Virus record (IMG/VR): IMGVR_UViG_2823949316_000001
Span: 69,531 to 95,542 of that record
Direction: 5' to 3' (one strand)
Length of the DNA stretch: 26,012 nt
Source of the DNA: a virus
Lineage: Duplodnaviria; Heunggongvirae; Uroviricota; Caudoviricetes
Under the pieces are notes generated by a model that saw only the letters and a list, made by a program, of their open reading frames with translations, did no database searches and had not been told where the DNA came from. Below are positions 1-8,538 of the stretch, piece by piece; the stretch's first letter is position 1; the number at the start of each line of letters is the position of its first letter. A program made the position numbers and the translations under genes.

Positions 1-168
1 ACCTTCCTGCCGCAGTCCGGATCGATCAGCGCTGACGGCCTGTCGCAGTCGCTGTCGGCCGACATGGGCAAATACTACGAGGCCATCGACCACATCATCA
101 ACGGCCCGGCCGGCAGCAACGGCGGCCTGATGTCGAAGATCCATGGCATCCGTATGATGGTCATGTAA
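1..168 (+). CDS. 3' end of a virion head-tail adaptor/neck-type protein (partial)
   Basis: Open frame from base 1 (TFLPQSGSISADGLSQSLSADMGKYYEAIDHIINGPAGSNGGLMSKIHGIRMMVM*) ending TAA at 166-168. Function inferred from position only. Confidence 0.55.
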   Translation, partial: TFLPQSGSISADGLSQSLSADMGKYYEAIDHIINGPAGSNGGLMSKIHGIRMMVM

Positions 169-177
169 GGGGGCTCC

Positions 178-819
178 ATGCGCTTAAATCCCAACGCCTT
201 CAACCGCCACGTGGTCAAGATGGGCCAGCAGGTGCTGTGGCGCCCGGCCTACGCCTGCTCCTGCACCAACCCGGACAGCGGCGCGCCGGATCCGAAATGC
301 AAGCTGTGCCGCAAGCACGGGCGCATCTGGAGCGAGCCGCTGCAGACCGTGGTCGGCCTACAGAAGCAGGAGGTCAAGCCAGAGTGGGAGAACTCAGGCC
401 TCTGGGAGGCCGGCGACCTGATGGTGACCGTCCCGGAGAACTCGCCCATGTGGAATGGCGGCCAGTTCGACCGGGTCACCATGCTCAACGCCGAGGATCG
501 CTTCTCCAAGCCCCTGGTGCGCGGCCGGCCCGACGAGGATCTGTCCACGCTGTCGGTGAAGCGGATCGAGCGGGTATTCTGGAAGCACCCGGTGACCCAG
601 GCGCTGGTCGAGGGCGGCATTCCTGTGGTTGACGCAGAGGGCAAGATCACCTGGGGTGAGGGGGCGCCACCAACTGGCATGGCCTACAGCATCACCGGCT
701 TCAAGTACCCCGACTATTTCATCTGGGCCGAGCTCCCGTCGAACAGGAACATGCATTCCGGGGTGCGCCTGCCCAAGCGGGTCGTGCTGCGGCGATGGGA
801 TCTTATTTCGCGCGGGTGA
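178..819 (+). CDS. Putative head-closure/neck protein (213 aa) with N-terminal CxC...CxxC motif
   Basis: GGGGG upstream of ATG; CSC-x10-CKLC motif; position between adaptor and tail genes. Confidence 0.6.
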   Translation: MRLNPNAFNRHVVKMGQQVLWRPAYACSCTNPDSGAPDPKCKLCRKHGRIWSEPLQTVVGLQKQEVKPEWENSGLWEAGDLMVTVPENSPMWNGGQFDRVTMLNAEDRFSKPLVRGRPDEDLSTLSVKRIERVFWKHPVTQALVEGGIPVVDAEGKITWGEGAPPTGMAYSITGFKYPDYFIWAELPSNRNMHSGVRLPKRVVLRRWDLISRG

Positions 820-821
820 GG

Positions 822-1652
822 CTACCCGCCGAGCTGCTTCTTGATGGCCGCGGCGAACGCGGCATTCGCTTTCGGCTGCATTTTTTGCTGAACCTTGCGT
901 GCCAGAAATTGCCCGGGTTGTGCCGGTCTGACCCATCCCGTCGATCCCTCCATAAGCACCCTGAACGTGAGGTAGGCGCTACTCTTAGCCCCGCCAGGCG
1001 TGCTCGTATTGAACCGCACCATGCCGGCGGCCCACTTATGCTGGCCCGCGTCCGCCTTGCTCAGCTTCTGACCCCAGGCGTAGTTGTTCTGCGGCACCAT
1101 CATCGCGCTGTGCGTCTTGGTGCTCGAGAGGAATGGCGTCTGGTTCTTGGACGGCGACATGCCTGACTTTGGCGACAAATGGGTGACCTCGCCGCTGGGG
1201 CGGGTGCTCTGGCTGGCGACGGTAGACGCGCCCAGCGCCTGCGCCTGCTCGTACAGGCCTGCTTCCTGCAGCTTCTTCACGTTGTGGCGCATCGGGATGA
1301 CCAGGAAACGCTTGCCGCTCTCGGTGCGGCGCACCTTGGGGCTCGTGTTCAGCATCTGCTTCATGTCGTAAGCAGGGCGGCCGTTCTCGATGGCCTGGTC
1401 GTGCTTGTAGTTCGACTCGATCACCGCGGTGAAGTCGCCGGTCATCTTCCAGGTGATGGTGCTGGCGTAGGCGTCCTTTTCGCCGCTCCAGAGCTTGGCC
1501 TGGTAGACCTCCTTCTGCCATTCCGCCGCCGTTTGCTGGGCGACAGCCCGCACCGCCTGATTCAGGAGCGGGAAGACCTGCTTGTTGATGATCGCCGTGA
1601 CGTCGAGCTTGGAGCCCAGGTCAAAGCTGATTTTGAAGGATGATCCGGCCAT
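822..1652 (-). CDS. Putative neck/tail-completion virion protein (276 aa), inverted relative to the operon
   Basis: Fills the gap exactly (2 bp from the upstream stop). The IENGRPAYDMKQMLN...GKRFLVIPMRH segment resembles neck proteins of large myoviruses (recalled, not searched). It has its own promoter-like motif. Confidence 0.7.
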   Translation of the reverse strand: MAGSSFKISFDLGSKLDVTAIINKQVFPLLNQAVRAVAQQTAAEWQKEVYQAKLWSGEKDAYASTITWKMTGDFTAVIESNYKHDQAIENGRPAYDMKQMLNTSPKVRRTESGKRFLVIPMRHNVKKLQEAGLYEQAQALGASTVASQSTRPSGEVTHLSPKSGMSPSKNQTPFLSSTKTHSAMMVPQNNYAWGQKLSKADAGQHKWAAGMVRFNTSTPGGAKSSAYLTFRVLMEGSTGWVRPAQPGQFLARKVQQKMQPKANAAFAAAIKKQLGG

Positions 1653-1658
1653 AGGCTT

Positions 1659-1674
1659 AGCATGCCGTCACGCC
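1659..1674 (-). promoter_or_regulatory. Late-promoter-like motif, copy 1 (GGCGTGAC-GG-CATGCT; 6 nt later ATG at 1652)
   Basis: Minus strand reads GGCGTGAC GG CATGCT AAGCCT ATG; same geometry as seven other copies. Confidence 0.75.
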
Positions 1675-1676
1675 TC

Positions 1677-1692
1677 GTCGTGACGCCACAAT
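1677..1692 (+). promoter_or_regulatory. Late-promoter-like motif, copy 2 (GTCGTGAC-GC-CACAAT; 6 nt later ATG at 1699)
   Basis: GTCGTGAC GC CACAAT GCCCAC ATG; back-to-back with copy 1. Confidence 0.75.
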
Positions 1693-1698
1693 GCCCAC

Positions 1699-2607
1699 AT
1701 GGCAATTTCAATCGTCCAGCCACTCCCCGCCGGCAACGCTATCCGGCTCTTTATCGCCCCGCCTCCGGGTGCGAGATACTGGCTCGTCCTGCGTTCCGCG
1801 ATGGATGATTTCGACAGTATGCAGCCCCTGGCAGACGCGCAGCGGGTCGACCACGACGGCCTGCCGTATATGGTCTGGGATGACGGCGCCATGGTTCCGA
1901 TCGCCTACGAAGGCGACGAGCGCGTGGTGATCGATGCCAAGCACCTGCAGAACGAGGTCATGGCGTTCTACCGCCCGTACTACCGGATGCCTGACGGCAG
2001 CTGGCAGGCTGCTCAGACCGCCACCGGCACGCCCAAGGCCCTGTTCGAGGAGAGCACGACCGACGTGCAATCCTTCATCCGTGATCGGCTTGAAGCCGGC
2101 CTGAAGGTCGAATGCGAGCGCGAGAACCTGGTGACCGAGCACGGCTACGTGCAGGTCTACACCGCCCCGCCAGCGCTCGAACAGAACCTGCGTTTCCCTC
2201 TGGTGACGATCACCCTGGAGAACGAGTGCCCGGTCGAGCGCGGCATCGGTGAGGACGTGGCCGGCGACGCGTTCGACGCAGTCGGTGACGACTGGTTCGA
2301 CTCCGAGGGCTGGCTGGCGCAGGTGCAGTTATCCCTCGTCGGCTGGTCGCTCAACAGCGACGAGCGCATCGAGCTGCGCAAGGCCATGCGCCGGGTGATC
2401 CTGGCCAATCTGCCGATCTTCGAATCCGTGGGCATGCTCACCCCGCAAGTCAGTTTTCAGGACGTTGACGCCCTCAGCGGCGAGTTCAACGCCAACATGT
2501 ACCAGGTCATGGGCTCCTTCTCGTGCCTGGCCCCAGTCCGCGTCGGTCGCCGTTACGGCGAGGGCGAGGTCGTCAACGATGTCATCACCAGGAGCACCAA
2601 TGGCTAA
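1699..2607 (+). CDS. Putative tail terminator/completion protein (302 aa)
   Basis: Good codon usage and position directly before the sheath region; C-terminal half has the alpha/beta character of tail terminators. No SD before the ATG. Confidence 0.55.
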   Translation: MAISIVQPLPAGNAIRLFIAPPPGARYWLVLRSAMDDFDSMQPLADAQRVDHDGLPYMVWDDGAMVPIAYEGDERVVIDAKHLQNEVMAFYRPYYRMPDGSWQAAQTATGTPKALFEESTTDVQSFIRDRLEAGLKVECERENLVTEHGYVQVYTAPPALEQNLRFPLVTITLENECPVERGIGEDVAGDAFDAVGDDWFDSEGWLAQVQLSLVGWSLNSDERIELRKAMRRVILANLPIFESVGMLTPQVSFQDVDALSGEFNANMYQVMGSFSCLAPVRVGRRYGEGEVVNDVITRSTNG

Positions 2608-2815
2608 ATCTCCCGCCGTTGCGGACAAGCCCGTCGAAAGCGCGGGCAGCGAGCCGCTTACCCTAACCGAGTTCTGCATCCGGCTCTCGAAGCGCGTGAA
2701 GCGCGTCGAGCTGATCGGCGCCTTCGAGTTCGTCGAGAAGGCTGCAGGCCACGTCCGCGATACCGAAGAAGCCTTCCAGGGCCGCTTCGACGCGTTCATC
2801 AAACAGCCTGCATAA
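2600..2815 (+). CDS. Small hypothetical tail-region protein (71 aa)
   Basis: AGGAG 5 nt upstream of ATG 2600, overlapping the previous stop; MAKSPAVADK...FDAFIKQPA; ends just before the sheath SD. ORF-track start 2465 is an upstream extension. Confidence 0.75.
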   Translation: MAKSPAVADKPVESAGSEPLTLTEFCIRLSKRVKRVELIGAFEFVEKAAGHVRDTEEAFQGRFDAFIKQPA

Positions 2816-2824
2816 GGAGGCGAC

Positions 2825-4537
2825 ATGTCCGTTTTCTTCGACGGGAAACTTCTCGTTACCCCGACTACCGCGTCTGTCGTCAATGACGAGGCGATGCGCA
2901 ACCAGAACATCTCGGTCGGCAACGTCGCCGCCCTGGTCGGCCGTTCCACCGGCGGCGAGCCGCACAAGCCGCTGCGCTTCTCCAGCCCGAGCGAGGCCAA
3001 GCGTGTCCTGCGCAGCGGCGAGCTGCTGGAAGCCGTGCTAAAGGCGTTCGATCCGTCCGCCGAGGTCGGCAGTCCTGCCACCGTGGTCGCCGTGCGTGTG
3101 AACCCGGCCATCCAGTCGGCGCTGACCCTCAAGAATGGCGCTGATGCCGACGTCATCAAGCTGACTTCGATCGGCTTTGGCCTGGGCGAAAACCAGATCA
3201 ACGCCAAGATCGAGTCCGGCACCCTGACCGGCAAGCGCATCACCATCCAGCAGGGCAACCGCTTCTACTCGGCCGACAACATTGCTCGCAATACTTTCAG
3301 CGTGCAGTACAGCGGCGGCGAAGCGACCGCAACACTGACCGTGAGCGGCACCCAGGTCGTGCTGTCGGCACCGGCCGGTACCGCTGTCGAGACCATCGCC
3401 CTGGCTGACTTCCCGACTGTCGGCGCGCTGGTCGATCGCATCAACGCCGTGCCTGGCTTCGCCGCCTCGGTAGAAGGCCGCAGCGACTCGCAGCCGACGC
3501 TGACCGCGCTGGACTTCGTGTCTGCTCAGGACGTCCTGACCAAGTACACCGCCACCGCCAACCTGCAGGCCGTCGTCGACTGGTTCAACGGTTCCAACCA
3601 GGATCTGGTGCGCGCCGAGCGCCTGGCGAATGCCGGCACCGTGCCCGCCAACATCGGCTTCACCTACCTGGCTGGCGGCAGCGACGGCACGACCACCGTT
3701 CAGGACTGGGCTGACGCCTATGAGGCCCTGCAGCGCGTCGACGTGCAGTGGGTTACCCCGATCAGCGGCGAGGCTGCCATTCACGCCCTCAACGACACCC
3801 ATTGCGCCTTCTGCTCCGAGCAGCTGCGCAAAGAGCGTCGCAGCATCGTCGGCACCACGGTGAACACCAGCAACGAGGCCGCCCTGACCGCCGCCAAGGC
3901 GCTCAACAGCGACCGCACCTCGCTCGTGCACCTGGGCTACTACGACTACGACCTGAGCGGCAAGCTCGTGCTCATGCCTCCGTACATGACCGCGGCCCTG
4001 CTGGCTGGTGCGTTCTCTGGCGTCAACCCGGGCACCCCGCTGACCAACAAGACCATCAAGGTTCGCGGCCTCGAGCGCGACCTGATCAACCCGACCGAGA
4101 CCGACGAGCTGATCCTGGGTGGCGTGCTGCCTCTGGAAAACACCGAGGCCGGCTACAAGGTGGTCAAGTCGATCAGCACCTGGCGCCAGAACGACAACTA
4201 CAACCGCGTGGAGCAGTCCTGCGGCTTCGCCCTCGACTTCACCGTGCGTACTGTGCGTGAAGCGCTGGACGTGCTGCGCGGCCAGAAGGCCAACCCGCTG
4301 CTGCTGTCGCGCGCGATCAGCATCGCCGACAGCGCCCTGCGCGAGCTGGCCCGCCAGGAGCCTCAAGGCCCCGGCATCCTGGCTGGTGACGCAGAGAGCC
4401 CTGCCTACAAGGGGATCAAGGCCTCGATCGAAGGCGACGTGGTTCGCGTCGAATTCGAATGCTCGCCGGTGATCCCTGCCAACTACATCCTCGTGAGCGT
4501 GTTCGCTGTCCCGTACAGCGGCAGCGCGAGCGCATAA
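2825..4537 (+). CDS. Contractile tail sheath protein (570 aa)
   Basis: Strong SD (TAAGGAGG); sheath-like C-terminus (GFTYLAGGSDG; STWRQNDNYNRVEQS; VRVEFECSPVIPANYI); size; followed by the tube gene. Confidence 0.92.
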   Translation: MSVFFDGKLLVTPTTASVVNDEAMRNQNISVGNVAALVGRSTGGEPHKPLRFSSPSEAKRVLRSGELLEAVLKAFDPSAEVGSPATVVAVRVNPAIQSALTLKNGADADVIKLTSIGFGLGENQINAKIESGTLTGKRITIQQGNRFYSADNIARNTFSVQYSGGEATATLTVSGTQVVLSAPAGTAVETIALADFPTVGALVDRINAVPGFAASVEGRSDSQPTLTALDFVSAQDVLTKYTATANLQAVVDWFNGSNQDLVRAERLANAGTVPANIGFTYLAGGSDGTTTVQDWADAYEALQRVDVQWVTPISGEAAIHALNDTHCAFCSEQLRKERRSIVGTTVNTSNEAALTAAKALNSDRTSLVHLGYYDYDLSGKLVLMPPYMTAALLAGAFSGVNPGTPLTNKTIKVRGLERDLINPTETDELILGGVLPLENTEAGYKVVKSISTWRQNDNYNRVEQSCGFALDFTVRTVREALDVLRGQKANPLLLSRAISIADSALRELARQEPQGPGILAGDAESPAYKGIKASIEGDVVRVEFECSPVIPANYILVSVFAVPYSGSASA

Positions 4538-4549
4538 GGAGCCTGACCC

Positions 4550-4972
4550 ATGAGACAGAACCTCAAAACCCGCTCCGGCAACCGGATCGCCATCGTGCTC
4601 GATGGCAAGCAGATCGGTCTGCTGCAGTCCGTCCGCGCAAACGATGACTACTCGCCCGAGCCGGCGAGTGGCATCGGCGACATTCACGTCGTCGAGCACG
4701 TGCCGACCATGGCCCGTCACTCGCTGAGCGTGAGCGCGATGCTGCTCAACCGCGGCGCCATGCTGGAGGCCGGCGTCGCCACCGAGAATGGCGAGACCGC
4801 GCTGCTCGGCCTGGTCTGCGACATCGAAGTCTACTCCAAGGACGACGGTGCCCTGCTGCGCAAGTACATCGGCTGTACCTACGCATCCGGCGACCTGGAA
4901 GTCAGCAAGCACGCCATCGTCATGCAATCTGGCCAGTTCATGGCCCTGGACGTGACCGGCAGCGCGGCGTGA
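4550..4972 (+). CDS. Tail tube protein (140 aa)
   Basis: SD TAAGGAG; immediately after the sheath; beta-rich, typical tube size (IGLLQSVRANDDYSPEPASGIGDIHVVEHVP). Confidence 0.88.
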   Translation: MRQNLKTRSGNRIAIVLDGKQIGLLQSVRANDDYSPEPASGIGDIHVVEHVPTMARHSLSVSAMLLNRGAMLEAGVATENGETALLGLVCDIEVYSKDDGALLRKYIGCTYASGDLEVSKHAIVMQSGQFMALDVTGSAA

Positions 4973-4981
4973 CGCCACAAT
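4966..4981 (+). promoter_or_regulatory. Late-promoter-like motif, copy 3 (GGCGTGAC-GC-CACAAT), overlapping the tube stop codon
   Basis: GGCGTGAC GC CACAAT AGCTGT A; CGTGACGCCACAAT is identical to copy 2. Confidence 0.7.
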
Positions 4982-4991
4982 AGCTGTAACC

Positions 4992-5025
4992 GCCGCCCAC
5001 CCGACCGGCTGGGCGGCTTTTCTTT
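4992..5025 (+). terminator. Intrinsic terminator-like hairpin
   Basis: GCCGCCCA (4992-4999) / TGGGCGGC (5010-5017) followed by TTTTCTTT. Confidence 0.8.
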
Positions 5026-5040
5026 ATCAGGAGAATGACC

Positions 5041-5406
5041 ATGGCTCGTGAGCCGCAGAAGACAGATTTCCCCGTCGAGGTCGAAGGCCTCGGCACGTTC
5101 ATTTTCGCCCGGCGCACGATGCGCGACGAGATCGTGATCCAGCGGGAGTTCGCCCGGTACATCGACGGCGTGGAGCCAACCGCCTGGCTGGCCCAGATCG
5201 GTGGCTGGCTGTCGGATATGCGCACGCTGATGGTCGAGGCCCCAGAAGGCTGGCTGGCCGATATCGACGGCAACCCGATCAAGGATCTGATGGACGTCGA
5301 CCCGCTCGACGAGGACACCTACTCCAAGCTCGCGAAGGTGCACGAAGCCTTTCGCGACAAGGAGCGGTCTTTTCGACGCAAACCTGCACAAGGCGGCGAA
5401 GCGTAA
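5041..5406 (+). CDS. Tail assembly chaperone (121 aa)
   Basis: SD AGGAG at 5029-5033; lies between tube and tape measure; followed by an overlapping start-less ORF. Confidence 0.8.
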   Translation: MAREPQKTDFPVEVEGLGTFIFARRTMRDEIVIQREFARYIDGVEPTAWLAQIGGWLSDMRTLMVEAPEGWLADIDGNPIKDLMDVDPLDEDTYSKLAKVHEAFRDKERSFRRKPAQGGEA

Positions 5407-5644
5407 CGGCAAGGAGAGGGCCAAGACGATCGAGTTCTGGTTCAGGCGCAAATACAACCTGACCAGCACCGACCCAAGGTTCCTGGAATGCACGCTGGAA
5501 GAAATGACCACCGACTACTGGGCTCACATCTACCACGACGACCCGAAAGCCGGTGACGAGGTGGAAGACGAAGACTTCGACATGGAAGCTGAGCTGGCCA
5601 AGCTGGAAAACGACCCTAACGCCTGGGAAAACCTGAGCAAATGA
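5375..5644 (+). CDS. Tail assembly chaperone C-terminal extension, probably reached by +1 frameshift at TCT TTT CGA
   Basis: The +1 frame is open from 5291 to TGA 5642-5644 (DANLHKAAKRNGKERAKTIEFWFRRKYNLTSTDPRFLECTLEEMTTDYWAH...WENLSK*) with no ATG until 5504. Its stop overlaps the tape measure ATG. Not in the ORF track. Confidence 0.7.
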   Translation, partial: DANLHKAAKRNGKERAKTIEFWFRRKYNLTSTDPRFLECTLEEMTTDYWAHIYHDDPKAGDEVEDEDFDMEAELAKLENDPNAWENLSK

Positions 5645-8529
5645 GCATCAAAATCCCTGTTGAGGCCAGTTTCGATTCTGGCGACATTGAGAAGCGCATC
5701 GCGCAGGTCAATCGCCAGTTCGAGGCGATCGGCAAGGCAGTCGCAAAGGCCAGCAACCAGCGGTTCGAGCCGATCACGCTGAAGAGCAAGCAGGATCTGG
5801 ACTACTTCACGAAGCAGTCCCAGCAGCTGCTGCGCATCCAGGGCGAACTCAGCGCGCGGATGAAGAAGAGCGGCCAGGAGGGCAAGAACCCGTTCGAGGC
5901 CGACTGGTCGAAGATGTACCTCAACGAGAGCACCCGCCTGCGCCGCATGCGCGAGGCGGTGGTCTTCATGGGCGCATCTTTCGAGGACGCGCATTCCCCT
6001 GTCTCGCCATCCCGGCGCCCGGGAGGCTCCTCGAGCCAGCCGCCGACTCGTGCCCCTGAGCCACCGACCCGTCGTCAGCCAGGTGTCGGCGCCGCGATCA
6101 TCGGTGGTGGCCTGCGCGGCCTCGGCCCGGCTGGCGGCGTTGCTGCCGGCTCGCTGTCGACCGGCCTGTCGATGGGTGCCGGCGCCGGCCTGATGGGCCT
6201 GCTCGGCGGCCTGGGCGCCCTTGGCCTGGGCAAGCTCGTCGGCGCCGCCACCGAGAAGATGGGCGTCGCCGAGGACAACGCTGTCGCCTATGACCGGCTG
6301 AAGCGCAGCCTGGGCGACGTCAATGTGTCGTTCGGCGCCCTGAAGAGCGTGCTGGAGAGCTCGGCCGACAACGTGAAGGTGACCTTCACCGAGGCCGCGC
6401 AGCTGGGCACCCAGTTTGCCAAGCTGGGCAACCTGACGGCCGACCAGTACAAGACGCTCGGCAGCGAGCTGCAGACCGGCGTCGGCCTGTCCCGCGCCTA
6501 CGGCCTCGACCCAAGCCAGGGCGTCGGCGCGCTCGGCACCATGCGCGGCATGCGCCTGACCAGCAGCGAACAGGACAGCCGCAAGTTCGCGCTGATCATC
6601 GGCGAGACCATCGCCCGCTCGAACGCCTTCGCCAAGGCCGACGAGGTGATGGACGCGATCGCCGGCTACGCGACCCAGCAGACCCGGGCGAGCCTGGGGG
6701 CGAACGTGGGCGGCTATGCCGGCATGTTCTCGGCCCTGACTGGTTCGGGCATCCCGGGCCTTGACCCTGCCGGCACGGCCGGGCTGCTGGCCCGGGTGAA
6801 TGCCACGCTGGCCGGCGGCGGCGCCAAGGGCGAGGCAAGCCAGTTCTTTACCCAGACCATCGGCGCGCGGCATGGCCTCGACCCGTTCCAGATGCAGCTT
6901 TGGCGTGAGGGTGGCGCATTCTCCACCCTCGACAGCACCTTCGGCCCGGGCAGCATGGCGAGCCGCTTTGGCATCCGTGGCCCCCGCGGGCAGTCCACCT
7001 TTCTGGAAGAATCGCTGGCCGGCCTGAAGCAGCAGTACGGCAGCAACGGCGGCATGATGCTGCATGCGACGGCCAACCACCTGGGCGTCAGCATGGCCCA
7101 GGCCGGCGCCCTGCACATGATCAACCCGAACCAGGCTGGCGAGATGGAGCGTCGCCTGTCTGCAGCTGGTGTGAAGCTGAGCGACCTGAATGCTGGCGGC
7201 ATCTCGTCCCTGTCCAAGGTGATGTTCGGCTCGGACGCTGACCGGGCCGGCATTGCCAGCAGCCTGCGCTCCCGCACCGGTGCCGGTGCCCTGTCCGCCG
7301 ACGAGCAACGCCAGCTCGACCAGGTCATGGGCGGGAACAACATCTCGGCCCAGAAGGAGCTGCTGACCCGCCTGGTGGCCAGCCGCGACCAGGAGCAGAC
7401 GCAGGGCAAGGACATCCGGGACAGCAAGAACGCCATCGATAACATCAAGACGTCGATCGCCGACAAGCTGATCCCGCTCACCCAGGAGATGCGCCACGGG
7501 ATCATGTACATCGCCGGCAAGGGCGAGAAGTCCGCGGCCGACATCCAGGAAGGCGTCATGCGGGCCGACTCGAACGGCCGGGCGCAGGCTATCAAGGGCA
7601 AGTACGGCGCGCTGATCGACGAGCAGGGCAAGAAAATCTTCGATGCCCGCATGGGCGAGAACCCGGCCGACTACAGCACCATCGAACGCTCCCGCGAGAT
7701 CCAGAAGGCGGCCAACGAGGAGATCGATCGCCTCAAGCAGGAGCAGGCCGACCTGCTGGCCGAGGAGAACGATATGCTGAGCGAGCGCGTCAAGGCGATG
7801 CGCGACGACGAGACCCGCAAGCTGCTGCCGGAGCCGGCCAGCTATTCGTCTGGTGGCCCTGGCCAGCGGTTCGTCAACGGCAGCGGCCGGCGCGGCACGG
7901 GATCGGCTGCATACCCAGCCGGCGCCGGTGGTGGCGTGATGCCCAAGGGGCTTGGCAAGCTGGCCTACGACCCGGCGTACCGGGCGATGGTCGCCGGCTA
8001 CGAGAAGGAGATCGGTGCGCCTGAAGGCCTGCTGTGGGCGCAGATGCAGCAGGAAAGCCGATTCCACGCGGGCGCTGTCAGCCACGCGGGCGCCGAGGGC
8101 GCTGCCCAGTTCATGCCGGAGACGAAGGCAGGCATGGAGCGCAAGTTCGGTCGCAAGTTCGACTCGTTCGACCCGCAGGACGCCGCCTTCATGCAGAAGG
8201 AGCTGATGCGCGAGCTCTATCAGCAGTTCGGCAACTGGGACGATGCCCTGCGCGCCTACAACGCCGGCCCGCGCCGCAGCCGCTGGAACAACAGCGAGAC
8301 GCGCAACTACGTGCCGGCCATCCGCGGCCACATGGAGCGCAACGCTGCGAGCCAGGGCACGCCGCTGCCTGACGGCGCCCCTGCTGCCGGCGGCCGAGAC
8401 CAGCGCTTCATCCTCGATGCGCCGCCGATTGAGGTCATCCACAAGAACGCAGCCGGTCAGCCAGTGGCGCCAACGCAGATGCTGGCGACCACCATCCGTC
8501 CGGCCAGTCCGTTCGGCACCACCGGCTAA
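5641..8529 (+). CDS. Tape measure protein with C-terminal lytic transglycosylase (SLT) domain (962 aa)
   Basis: Long Ala/Gly-rich helical protein after the chaperone; SLT motifs QQES, GAAQFMP, AYNAG, ETRNYV at about 7975-8340. Confidence 0.9.
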   Translation: MSIKIPVEASFDSGDIEKRIAQVNRQFEAIGKAVAKASNQRFEPITLKSKQDLDYFTKQSQQLLRIQGELSARMKKSGQEGKNPFEADWSKMYLNESTRLRRMREAVVFMGASFEDAHSPVSPSRRPGGSSSQPPTRAPEPPTRRQPGVGAAIIGGGLRGLGPAGGVAAGSLSTGLSMGAGAGLMGLLGGLGALGLGKLVGAATEKMGVAEDNAVAYDRLKRSLGDVNVSFGALKSVLESSADNVKVTFTEAAQLGTQFAKLGNLTADQYKTLGSELQTGVGLSRAYGLDPSQGVGALGTMRGMRLTSSEQDSRKFALIIGETIARSNAFAKADEVMDAIAGYATQQTRASLGANVGGYAGMFSALTGSGIPGLDPAGTAGLLARVNATLAGGGAKGEASQFFTQTIGARHGLDPFQMQLWREGGAFSTLDSTFGPGSMASRFGIRGPRGQSTFLEESLAGLKQQYGSNGGMMLHATANHLGVSMAQAGALHMINPNQAGEMERRLSAAGVKLSDLNAGGISSLSKVMFGSDADRAGIASSLRSRTGAGALSADEQRQLDQVMGGNNISAQKELLTRLVASRDQEQTQGKDIRDSKNAIDNIKTSIADKLIPLTQEMRHGIMYIAGKGEKSAADIQEGVMRADSNGRAQAIKGKYGALIDEQGKKIFDARMGENPADYSTIERSREIQKAANEEIDRLKQEQADLLAEENDMLSERVKAMRDDETRKLLPEPASYSSGGPGQRFVNGSGRRGTGSAAYPAGAGGGVMPKGLGKLAYDPAYRAMVAGYEKEIGAPEGLLWAQMQQESRFHAGAVSHAGAEGAAQFMPETKAGMERKFGRKFDSFDPQDAAFMQKELMRELYQQFGNWDDALRAYNAGPRRSRWNNSETRNYVPAIRGHMERNAASQGTPLPDGAPAAGGRDQRFILDAPPIEVIHKNAAGQPVAPTQMLATTIRPASPFGTTG

Positions 8530-8538
8530 GGGGTCAGA

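Noticed and set aside
812-829. Hairpin over the convergent stop codons as a bidirectional terminator
   Set aside because: Only a 6-bp stem and no U-tract on either strand; not called as a terminator.
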